DNA of 54,455 nucleotides, the filler included, from Basidiobolus ranarum (lineage: Eukaryota), in the NCBI GenBank assembly GCA_040143965.1. It is 2 parts of 2 records of this genome, joined end to end, with 100 filler letters (N's around TTAATTAATTAA, not from the genome) between each part and the next. Parts side by side here need not be neighbours in the genome. Positions count along the whole stretch, not along the records: positions 27,357 to 54,455 come from JASJQH010000125.1; 1 more part is not named here. One strand, given 5' to 3'. The notes beneath the pieces were generated by a model. The model had not been told where the DNA came from. It saw nothing but the letters and a program-made list of their open reading frames with translations, and did no database searches. Within the stretch, counting starts at the first letter, position 1, and every line of letters begins with the position of its first letter. Position numbers and translations under genes: made by a program. Positions 27,357 through 38,367 of the stretch are shown one piece after another.

Positions 27357-27896
27357 CATAATCAAACTTGGATTTTAATCAACTTACCTGATGATAGAAA
27401 ATCAATTGGCTGTCAATGGGTGTTTAAAGTTAAATACAACTCTGATGGCAATATAGCAAGGTACAAGGCTAGACTAGTAGCCAAAGGCTATTCCCAAACA
27501 TCAGGAATAGATTATATAGAAACTTTTGCTCCTGTAGCAAAGTTTGATTCAATTTACATTAATGTTATCAATTTCAGCTAAGTATCAGTTTACTATACAT
27601 CAAATGGATGTTAAAACTGCTTTTTTGAATGGTGAGCTTGCTGAGAAGATCTATATGGACCATCAGATGGTTTTGTGGACTCAGAAAACACTCTATGGAT
27701 TAGTAAGATTGAAACTTTTTTGGAAACACCCCAATTCCAAAAGAGCAATATTGACTGTAGTATCTACTTCAGACCAGATAAGACAAACCCAGTTTTATTA
27801 GTCTTACATGTAGATGACCTTATTATAGCAACAATGACTTGAAGACTTTGAAGAAAACCAAATCCAGCTTATCTGCCAAATTCAAAAGGACTGATC
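27357..27896 (+). mobile_element. Ty1/copia reverse transcriptase (RVT_2) pseudogene fragment
   Basis: Translates with frameshifts to [12 protein letters not shown]...[26 protein letters not shown] / HQMDVKTAFLNGEL / LHVDDLII. It is cut at KFKRTDL, before RNase H. Confidence 0.92.
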
Positions 27897-28236
27897 TGTT
27901 AATATTAGCATTACCTAAACACCTATATAGTCATATATAACTTAGTAATTAGTTATCTTATATTGAACTAAGATATTATCAATTATTCTCAATTGGAATT
28001 TACTTAGAATAGTTTTACCAACTTAGAAGTTCTCAGATATATAGATTTTTCAAACTTGTGCTAGAAGCCCCAAACTTTGCACACATGTTCCTGGGACCTT
28101 CATTAACATATTCTACATATTAGTTTGTTTACATCTTGACAAAACTATAAATGTCAACTTTCTACTCAATAAGTGAAAACCACCAATTCCTCTAAATCTC
28201 CAAACCACTTCCAACAGGCTCTCAAATACTTTAACA
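27897..28236 (+). mobile_element. LTR (340 bp)
   Basis: TGTT...AACA ends, internal TATAAAT, near-identical to 1141-1460 (opposite strand), and joined directly to the copia RT. Confidence 0.82.
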
Positions 28237-28403
28237 TAGCACAAGTTTGAGAAATCTGTATATCTGAGAACTTCCAAGTTGGTGTCAATATTCTGAGTAA
28301 ATTCCTCAAGAGAATAATGGGTAATATCTTAGTTCAATATAAGATAACTAAATACTAAGCTATATATGACCATACAGGTGTTTAGGCAATGCTAATTTCA
28401 ACA
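28237..28403 (-). mobile_element. Inverted 5' half-LTR of the same family
   Basis: Reverse complement of about 27897-28063. A further degenerate terminal fragment lies at about 28425-28472. Confidence 0.8.
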
Positions 28404-28656
28404 ATAACATTGTGAAATTTAGGTAGCTAGATATATGACTGTATAGATGCTTAAGCTATGTCATTTTCAGCAGTATGATATTCCTAACTCTTAAATAATT
28501 CCCGTATATACTAAGTATGTGTTTCATTTTCCAGCCAAGTGATATTTGATTAAATAACAATGACTAACTTAGATGTGATATAAGGAATAGCCTAATGTAT
28601 AAAGATAAGGATGAATATATGATAAAGATAACAAGCATCAACAAATATATCCCCTC

Positions 28657-29104
28657 TGTAAGGGCCCATAATTGCTTGATTCCATAAGATATTGAGAGGA
28701 TTTGAAGTGACCGGAAGGAGTGCTGAGTAATCATTCAATTGTTATTCTGAAAGCTGTTTATGTCGCAGACTTGTCCATCTCAATCTTGACCCTGCTTGCC
28801 TTTCCGGTTAGACCGCACATACATTTCGTCAATCACACCACCACACAATCTTAAGTGCTGTGCAGTTCCCACATAGAACTTTACTCTAGGCTTGTACACC
28901 CACCATCACCCAGACCAACTTATCACCTAGCTAGTATTAGTTACCCCCCTCCTTATCCGAATATAAGTAGAAGTGTTGATCCCTTCCTGGTTTGGCATCA
29001 AGTAACACTTCTTCCTCCTATCCTCATTCCATCCTCACCTGGGTCGAGATCAATATTAACACCCCTCTGCCTGTCAATCAACCCTTGTATTGTGAAAGTT
29101 TACA
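28657..29104. mobile_element. Possible second-family solo LTR
   Basis: TGTAA...TTACA ends 448 bp apart with an internal TATAA and a CT-rich 3' part. There is no TSD and no second copy in the window. Confidence 0.3.
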
Positions 29105-29416
29105 TTTTGGAAGAAAGGATAGAGAGCCAATAATGATATTGTATGCAGAATATATGTTGCACTGAAATGAGCCATCTTGTGGTTTTTTGAATGACTTTGA
29201 AATTCTATATATGCACCTAACAATGTCCATTATGGCAACTAAGCTACTGACTTATGATTACTTCTCAAATAGGTGCAAAGTTCAGCTTATATTTCTCAGC
29301 ATTAACAAAGCTGCGTCTATAATGTACTGATATGTATATTGACGTTTGAAAAAGGGAAAGGATTATAGCTATGAAGAAAAATTTATTTGAAGCAGTTATT
29401 TGAATCGAATTTCTCT

Positions 29417-31705
29417 TTACATATTGGAGAGTTTAAGATTAGAAACATCAGGAGCCATCTCATTTTCCGATCCAACATAACGGATAATGAATGCATATTC
29501 CAGGGCTTTATCCTTAAGGTAATCATAACGTCCAGAGAGACCGAAATGACCAGAGCCCATACTGGTTTTATTTAAGATCACTCTTTTATCAGAGTCTCCT
29601 TCAGCTCCCTCAGCTCCATATTCACGTAATTTAGCCGCCCATTTAGCGGGCTCCCAGTAAGAGACACGAGGATCATTGAGGCCAGCACGAATCAAGATAT
29701 TCGGGGTTTTGACGCCTCGAGCGATATTCTCATAGGGAGAATAGGAAAGCATGTAGTCAAAGGTCGCCTCATCTTCCGGATTTCCCCATTCTTCATACTC
29801 GGCTATGGTTAAAGGTATGCTAGCATCCATCATAGTATTGATCACATCCACGAATGGGACACCTGCGATAGCTGCGCGGAAAAGATCAGGTCGAAGGTTG
29901 ATTACACATCCCATAAGCATGCCTCCAGCGCTTCTACCTTCAATAGCTAAGCGACTGGGACTTGTGTACTTCTGGTCAATGAGGGCCTCAGCGCAAGCAA
30001 CAAAATCGTTGAAGGTGTTTTTTTTGTGCATAAATTTGCCTTCAACTTCGTACCATTTACGTCCCATCTCTGATCCACCTCGAATATGCGCAATGGCATA
30101 GACAAATCCTCGATCCACGTAGCTAAAGATCGAAGATGTAAAGTCAGGATCCATGGACAGTCCGTAAGAGCCATATCCGTATAGCATGCATGGATTACTT
30201 CCATCCCCCTTGAACATCGAGGTCTTGTAGACAATAGAGACGGGGACTCGGAACTCGCTTCCTGGTGAGGCGGTAGATGGGACCGAGACATAAATGCGTT
30301 TCGTGGTGTAATCGTTGCTCTTAAAGCCTCCCAGAACCTCCACTTGTTTGAGAAGACTGCGCTCACGAGTGCTCAGGTCGTAGTCAAATGTTTGTTCGGG
30401 GGTAATCATGGTGGAGTAGGTGAATCTCAGTATGCTATCTTGGTATTGCGAATGCTTGTAGTCATTCTCAACGGTGTAGACATCCTGGTCGAATTCAAGA
30501 TAGTGTTGGTCTTTGACTTGAACATCCGATCCATGCTCCAAGTTCAGAATTCGGATTCGGGTTAGTCCCTGGGAACGCTCGAACAATGATATTCCCTTAG
30601 CCAGTGGCAACATCTCCTCAATGTATGCGTCTTCACTGTAAGCCAACAACGGTTTCCAATACTCGGATTCAGTGTTGTCTAATGTACACCAACATAGTAA
30701 GTTGTTCAAGTAACGTTGATCTCCCTTTTGATTAGTCAATACAGCAAACTTGTCATCGGCAATATGATCTATTTCATAAAGAACATCGAACTTGCGTTTC
30801 TGAAATAATGTTGGTGTGCTTGATGCTTCATCGGCATTCAAAAAGAGAATTTCACTGGTCTGAGAACTCGCAGTGTGAATAAAGATATATTTGGAGCTGG
30901 AACTCTTGCTTACATCTACTTCGAATTTCTGATCCGGGTCACTGAATACCACCTCGTCCTCTTCGTAGGAGGAGCCGACAATGTGTTTACGTACCTCGTA
31001 GGAACGTAAGATATCATCAAGTACAGTGTAGTAAACTGTTTTGTTATCGTTAGCCCACACCAATGGATAAGAAGCTTCTGGAATAGAAAGACCAGCTCCA
31101 GACAAGACTTCTCCAGTCTCCAAGTTCTTGAAATAAACGGTGAATTTCTCAGCACCAGTAGTATCCAGGGAATAAGCTAACCATTTGTTATCCGGACTAG
31201 GACTGAACTTTCCTAACACTATTTGCTTCTCGTCGAGTTTATTCAAGTCCAACAATATCTCTTCCTCAACGCTACCAACTTTACGACGACACTGTATGGA
31301 GTATTGAAGGCCTTCTTCTGTACGTACATAATATTCGTAATCTCCACGGCGATAAGGAACACTCACATCAGTTTCTTTGATGCGAGCAACCATTTCTTTG
31401 TAGATTTGCTCACGTAACTCAGTGGTATCTTCAAGAATAGCGTCAGCATATTCGTTCTCTTTCTTAAGGTAATCCAGGATTTTGGGACTCTTTTCGGAGT
31501 TTGCATCTTTTAACCAGTGATAATTATCAAGAAACTTTCTTCCATGGTATTCATGGTAAAGTTCCTCTTTGGGAGTGATCGGTGCTTTAAGACTTTTTGT
31601 TGACATGTTGAAGGTTTGTATTGAACCTATACGAACTGAAGTGGAAATAAGTTGTTTGATATGAGGTCCTTTCGCAAGACAAAGTCTACGCAACAACTGG
31701 GACAT
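29417..31705 (-). CDS. ptrB: Oligopeptidase B (protease II, peptidase S9A), intronless, 762 aa
   Basis: DNYHWL N-terminal motif, beta-propeller region, LYGYGSYG, HIRGGSEMGRKWY, catalytic GRSAGG (Ser), NDPRV (Asp), GHFG (His), and EYEEWGNP. Confidence 0.93.
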   Translation of the reverse strand: MSQLLRRLCLAKGPHIKQLISTSVRIGSIQTFNMSTKSLKAPITPKEELYHEYHGRKFLDNYHWLKDANSEKSPKILDYLKKENEYADAILEDTTELREQIYKEMVARIKETDVSVPYRRGDYEYYVRTEEGLQYSIQCRRKVGSVEEEILLDLNKLDEKQIVLGKFSPSPDNKWLAYSLDTTGAEKFTVYFKNLETGEVLSGAGLSIPEASYPLVWANDNKTVYYTVLDDILRSYEVRKHIVGSSYEEDEVVFSDPDQKFEVDVSKSSSSKYIFIHTASSQTSEILFLNADEASSTPTLFQKRKFDVLYEIDHIADDKFAVLTNQKGDQRYLNNLLCWCTLDNTESEYWKPLLAYSEDAYIEEMLPLAKGISLFERSQGLTRIRILNLEHGSDVQVKDQHYLEFDQDVYTVENDYKHSQYQDSILRFTYSTMITPEQTFDYDLSTRERSLLKQVEVLGGFKSNDYTTKRIYVSVPSTASPGSEFRVPVSIVYKTSMFKGDGSNPCMLYGYGSYGLSMDPDFTSSIFSYVDRGFVYAIAHIRGGSEMGRKWYEVEGKFMHKKNTFNDFVACAEALIDQKYTSPSRLAIEGRSAGGMLMGCVINLRPDLFRAAIAGVPFVDVINTMMDASIPLTIAEYEEWGNPEDEATFDYMLSYSPYENIARGVKTPNILIRAGLNDPRVSYWEPAKWAAKLREYGAEGAEGDSDKRVILNKTSMGSGHFGLSGRYDYLKDKALEYAFIIRYVGSENEMAPDVSNLKLSNM

Positions 31706-32069
31706 GTTTAGGGAATATTAATTGTCAAGTATGGACCTAGTACGCAAATACGTGGCGATTGGCATAATCTGGTTTATTTTTAATCAGCTTACAAGTGGAT
31801 GGTGGATAGATGGTGTTTAGAACAAAGGTTGTTTTTTTGATTTTTTTACTTGAGCGTAATTGACAACATAAATACATCTTATTTTTATAGATATTGATAG
31901 TTTAAACCTGAAACGTAATGAATACACAAGATAAAATCGAACTACACTATCACAGCCCCCATAGAAAAGGATCTCGTTGATAGAAGCCATGCAAGGAGAG
32001 CTTCAACTATTTTAAGGAGGGTTACTTGAGGCGAAATTATTATTAAGGGAAGGATAGAGTGGCTAAGAT

Positions 32070-35000
32070 CTACCACCGTCTAGGTTGATTGTTGTAAGAA
32101 CCGCGTGAGTTTCCTCTACCACGATTTACAACTGGATACCATCCTTGATCACCACCTCCAGATTGGTAACGATCGTTGTGTTGTCTAGGTGGTCGGGAAT
32201 CATATTGCTGGGAACGGTATCCACCTTCCGATCGATTGTTATCATAACTGTCATGATAACTGTTATTGTTGTTACGATAACCACGATTTCCACTGTTGTA
32301 ATCTTGATTATAATCTCTTGATTCATGGTAATCATTGTTATATCCTCCTTGATGGTTGTTGTATCCACCACGATAGCCCCCACGGCCCCCGCGTCCGCGA
32401 CCACCGCCTCCACGAGAACCACCGCGACCACCACGTCCACGACCGCCATAACTATCATACGAATCATAGTGGTTGTTATAACCATCGTAACCACCATTAC
32501 CACCACCTCCATAGTCATTGTAACTATTTTGCTGCTGTCCATACGATCCATTGTTGTTGTAATGTTGCGACCAATTTTGTTGGCCATAACCGCCACGTCC
32601 TCTTCCTCTGCCCCTACCACGTTGATTACCACCAGAGCGTACATAGTCATAATCAGCAGGACCTAACACACGTTGTGGAAGTTTAACACCGGGTAGAAGA
32701 CAACCAATTCTAGGATCACCATGCTTTGGCAACCTAGGGAGGAAGTAATAAACACTTTCACAAAATAAGGAATGTTAGAAATGACAACAGAATATCCTTG
32801 CCAAGAAGATTAATCTTACCTGATCGATTTATCGCTGGGAATATCCAGTAACCCTTGATCAACTAGAGGTGAGGCAAAGGTAGTGTGAGGAACACAGTTT
32901 GGATCTGGTGCTACTTCACCAGCCATACAACCACTGAGTCTTGTATCTAAAATCATTTTCTAAATTTCAAAAGTCCACGTTAAACCTTGATCTACATTAT
33001 AACCAAACCAATGCTCTGCTTACCTGGGTCAAGTCTCGTGTGCTGTACAGAGCACACAATGACTCATACAACGGATTCTCCTGCCCAACAAAGAGAACCT
33101 CACAACCTCGCGTATTTCTTGCTTCTTCACTGTCGCTGAGTTTTGGATATACTTTCTCAACGGCGTTTAAAAGTCTACCTTCTTCGATGAAAGGCAACAG
33201 AGCGACCCCTTGCCAAGCTTGTCTTTTACCATTCAAGTCAACTTCGAAGTCTATAGGGTAAAAGTCAATGATTTCCGAATCCTGATCTGTCATAAGTTCA
33301 TGGAAAGCTTCAGGTAAATGCGATTTACTAGCAGCGGGCAACACACCCATCAATTGTTCGTAGGGTTTGAATGGAGTACCCAAATCGAATTTAATATCCA
33401 AATGCTGGATATCCAAAAAGTCGGAAGCGAATGGTGCAAAATGGAAGGGGTAAAACCATTTCCAAGAAGGGCATCCAAGATAGTAGTACTCCAAGACCCA
33501 AGATAATCCTTCAACATAGGAACGAACAACCTGTTGGCGGAACTCGTAATCGTTTAATTCAACGCCGAATTTACTTCTGTAATAGCGCTCTTTGAATCCA
33601 GACTCCCATAGCTTGACCTCATCATATGGCTCATCATCATCGACGTCGACAGGCTTGGGAGGCTCACTCTTGATCATTTCTTCAGCTTTTCTTTTGACGG
33701 GGGCGACACTAGACATCATTACCTCTTCCTCTTCTTCCTCTAGATTGGATCCATTGTCCGATTGCGTAGTTTCACTTGGAGAGTCTTTCGCGAGGCCAAT
33801 CTCAGCTTTTAGCATTTGAGCAGCGCTCAGATTGGCACTATGAATGTTGGAATTAACGGCCTGCGACACCTCGGGGGGAGCATCGTAGCTAGAATGTTGG
33901 TTATCTCTAGCTTGTTGTTGTAGCTTTCTTCTTTTGTTATTCTTAGCAAATCTCTCTTCTTTCTCGCGTCTCTTTTGGAAAGTCAACTCTTCCTTTTTTC
34001 CTAACTCTGACATGATGACTTGAGCTCTTTCGAGGTTGACCACACCACCGTCAGTTAAATATCCACCCATAATGTCAAGGTTTCGTTTCCAAATATCAAT
34101 TAAATCATCTAAAGCTCCTTCACGAATCTCAAGTGAAGGGAGATGCGGTAAGAAATCGTTTCCTACGAAGAAGCACAAGAACACCCAATCATCGATGGCT
34201 CGCTCTAGATCAAATTGGAAAGACACGCTCTCATGTCTGAGCTCAGCATCTAAATACTCGCGAAGTACGTTCACATGAAGAAATACGAATGGTTTTTCAA
34301 CTTGCTCCTTGGGTGCCTTTTCATCAAACTCTCCTTGTTTGACTCTGGCCTGTCCTATGATAGTAAAGAACACCGATTAGTCGCAATAATTGAAAAAGTC
34401 AAAAAAAATTAGAGTATCTACCTGTACATTGGTCAGCCTTATGACCCGGTTGCTTGCAAATATGGCAAGTGAATTTTCCGCTTTCGTTAAAGAACACGTC
34501 TTCTCTGAGTACCTTGAAGTAAGGCTCATGAGTAGCCAAAGCCAACATGATAAGATCGGCATCCTGTTCGAGGGTAAAGACTTGTAAATTTGATGAAAGA
34601 AATCAACACATATGACTCTACTTACCAATCCATACAGAACATGCTTAGTGTTGGGATCGTGATCTGGGTGGGTACGTTGACCTCTAATAAAGTCCATAAT
34701 TTTGTGCTCTCCTTCTCCGGGAACACTGGCGTCAGAGATTATAATTTTGACCTGTTAAAATATCCAAATCGTTAGACAGATTACCTCCCATAAGAATAGA
34801 CGCGAATTACATACATTCTTCCAACTAGGATCAGAATTTAGTCGACTGGCAACGTAGTACCGGAGAGAGTTAGCAAGATTCTCCATGAACGGTGTACCTT
34901 ATTGGGGATTGAATCAATTATTGAACCTTGAATAGCCATTAAAACCGTTTTGGATAGCATACCTGGAGTAATACAATTTGAATCGAAATGAGACTTTTTC

Positions 35001-36001
35001 TCAGGAAGATCGGCTTCTTGAAGCTGGCCCTTGGCTAGTGAGGAAAATTCACACCAGTGAGTATTAATTGCAACGGGACATGGATATATTCAAACAGTAC
35101 CTATTAACTCATCCACAGTCTTTTTTTCAGACTCTGCTTTCTCACTAGATTCTCTAGCAGTACGAAAACGTCTAGATCTTTGCTGATTCATTTTTGCACG
35201 TGGAGCAACACCATCTACAAGCGAAAGATATCAATTAGACATGGTGTCTCTTATAGGAGAAACGAGTGGGAGAAAAGAACAAAAACCGCAATTGATGTAG
35301 TAAATAAGCTCTGAGTGAGTTCGATACCAGCAATTTCAGTGACTATTCTCGTGGTAAGAAAAAGCTCACTTCACTCTTTTTTACTCAAAGCTCAATTTCA
35401 CCCAACCCACTTGCATCCAATAAGAAATCTATCTCTATGATGTCAAGATGGGAGACTGCTGAGGAAGAGTCACGCCTTACTTTTCTACTTTGTTATACCC
35501 GCGAACTATTACACAGGAAACGGTTTTTGTTTCAAAATCTCTTAAAATTTAAAGCACACGTACCAATTGCCATATATAAAATTTTTCTGGGTCGAATCAT
35601 GCCCATGATACGATCTAAGTACTTAAACACTTCAACCATCATCTCCGCTTCAGTTTCAGGAGCAGGCTTAAAAATCAAGATAAAACATTGAGGAAAAAAA
35701 CATTAAAAGAACACCGTTGAAACAAACGAAAATGTTGGTTAGATCTTGGTAAATTACAAGCGCAATATGACTTTGTTAATTTGTAAACAACAATTACTTT
35801 GTTTTCGGGGTGACAACACGGATGTACAATGCCGTTCATATCTAAGTAAAGATTATCAAATTCAACGCCGTTCGGATTTGGTTTAGATATATCTACAGGA
35901 ATCTTTATCCCATTGATCTCGTGTGGTTGTTCTTCCACAACTTGGTCAGCGATTTTTGGGTATTTGTTTGATAACCAACGAAATAATGCAGGAACCCCCA
36001 T
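32070..36001 (-). CDS. RAT1: Nuclear 5'-3' exoribonuclease Rat1/Dhp1/XRN2, multi-exon
   Basis: [78 protein letters not shown] and WQGVALLPF, followed by an RGG/YN-rich tail. Confidence 0.96.
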
Positions 36002-36886
36002 TTTACACAGACTTTAAAACAGAAGGTATGAGGGTGAGAGTAGACGAAGAGTGAAGGTTGATTGACTCTTCTCAAATAGAAAAAATCAGCGACCAGTTAG
36101 TTTGATATTTCCCAAATCTATCAAAAAAGGGATTTTTCAGAGGGTGGTTTTTTTTCTTGATCAAATTTTCTACGCGTTGAACGCAGCATCATGATTATCG
36201 AGTTGACTGCTTTTTATTATTGTTGTAATGCACTTCATGTAATTACTAGTGAATACTAGAAACAAACCGTGATTCGTTCACAATAACGATATATGCTAAC
36301 TCATTGATTCCGGACCAATCCCGATCTCTTTGGAGTTCGAATTTATATTTGATGTTGATTCATTTGTTTGTTTGATGTTTGAAATATGATTGAAAAAAAG
36401 ATCAAAGAAACCAACTCAGATAGACAGTGCTAAGGGTGGTTGGAGACCGCACTTATGCTGCAGCATCCCTCCATCTTCCGAAGAAGCGAAGGAAATCTAT
36501 CAGCTTAATGATATTATCATTCTTCATCGCTGGTTTAGTTGTGGTAGGGATTACGGATGCCGTGTCGGCTAATTTAAAAATCTCTAGACCCTGCCAGATA
36601 TTATGGGTTTAACATAATTAGTACGGAAAAATGATTTTTCGTTGACGCTATCCACCACTCCACCCCACCCAAATTCTAGACTGTATAATAATGGACTGGA
36701 TAATGATGGAGCATGATATATATAACGCAAGTGTCAAACAACTGCTGCAAATTATTTTGAGGCGTAACTTGAAAGCGGGTTTATTGCTAGGTTGCGGGAT
36801 GGTTCCTAAGATATGAATGGTATGATATGTTGCTGATTAATTAGATGCTAAGCAAATCAGATCATCTAAGCAGTGTTCGCAGGCCC

Positions 36887-37598
36887 TCAGCTCATTGCCC
36901 AGGCGTTTTCCTTTTTGATTTGCTCTTTCTCTTCCTCGGTCAAGTCATCTTCGAGTTTGAATATTTCCCTGATTTGTTCTGGTGTCTTACCTTATATATG
37001 GCATAAAATGCATCAGCAGAGCTACTTAGCCAGCATCTACAAGCAAATACCCCTACCTTTAATTACATTTGCCACAGTCTTGCACCCCACCTCTCTAATT
37101 CCAAAAGTTGAACTAAATTAATCGATATCCAACAGCTGACACACTCTGTCACTTACAGTAATGATTTAATATCCAAGTAATTGGCAGCCTGGGGTTGGAG
37201 GGGAAATCAGTAACAATCCTTGGGGTGTTCCAACAACAATCAATTTACCATGACAATAGCAAAGAGTAACTCCGAATCAACAGCTGCGAACTCCCTATCC
37301 CAATCATCGATTTCAGAAACGCCGGTATCTTCCCACTCTGTAATTTCCTCACACACATCGTTCTTGTGATATTCACAGAACTCCAAAACCTATCATATTG
37401 CAGTTAGTCTAGCGGATATAAATAATGGCTGTGACTTCGACAAACCTTCTTTAATACTTCCCCAGTCACATTGGGCAAAGGAATTGGTTGCTCAATCTCT
37501 CCAATGTCCTCCAGCATATTGCCGATAAGCAGCGAATGCTTTGCTACTTCTTTATCAACTCGAAACAACTGTGAATCACTACTCTTCAATATCACCAT
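36887..37598 (-). CDS. SKP1: Skp1-family protein (divergent), 5 exons
   Basis: Spliced MVILKSSD...[21 protein letters not shown]...WDREF...[34 protein letters not shown]...ENAWAMS*. Confidence 0.9.
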
Positions 37599-38367
37599 GT
37601 GTAAGCAAACGGAACAAGTGGAGGAGCGTTCTTGTGAACAAGTCAAGCAGAATCAATGGGCAAGAGCCGTAGGCAATATCAACATATATAACGAAACGAA
37701 TGGGAGTCACCAACCAGTAAAGCTTCCGGTAAAGCCTCCGATGGAGAAATATCCGGTTTTCAATCTCCGATGCATTGGTGTCTTCTATTTAGGTGGGATG
37801 AGGCAGTGAATGGATTGCCAAGGTTATACTCGACGTATCTCAGGCATAAACTTCAACCACTGATATGCTATGTATATATTCCCACCGCACATACCGCCAA
37901 TACATGTAGTTCTAGCTATATACAGCCCAAGTGATTGATGGAGTTCTAGTTTGGAAGTTGATTTCTAATTTCAGCTCTAGTCCGGTATCTTAGATATCTT
38001 ACCTTTTGTAGATCAGGTAATCGTCTTTGACTGTTGAGAATCAGGATCACTGATTATCGGAGTATCTGAGTATCATTGGCCAGATCTCTCCTATTTTGTT
38101 CGATAATATATACACATTTGTTTCGTGCTATTGTTCTTTTTTTCTGACCATCTTATTTTAGCGTATTAGTCAGGCTCTACTCACCTCTCTCCTTATTTTC
38201 TTTACTTCAATATTTGTCATTAGCCTGTTACCTCCCTTCCCTGGCATTATTAACTCTCTTCACAACCATCCGCATTTGCCTCTTAACTCCTCAAATTATT
38301 TGTATAAAATCTCTTAGAAATATCCACAACTCTTTCTTTTTTCTGTCATTCCAAACTTGTATCAAAC

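Noticed and set aside
32126-32686. Overlapping His-, Thr- and Val-rich ORFs
   Set aside because: Alternative-frame and antisense shadows of the repetitive Rat1 tail.
36390-36612. Two ~60-aa ORFs and small hairpins between RAT1 and SKP1
   Set aside because: Non-ATG starts, no convincing splice model and no match to snRNA/tRNA consensus that I could recognise.
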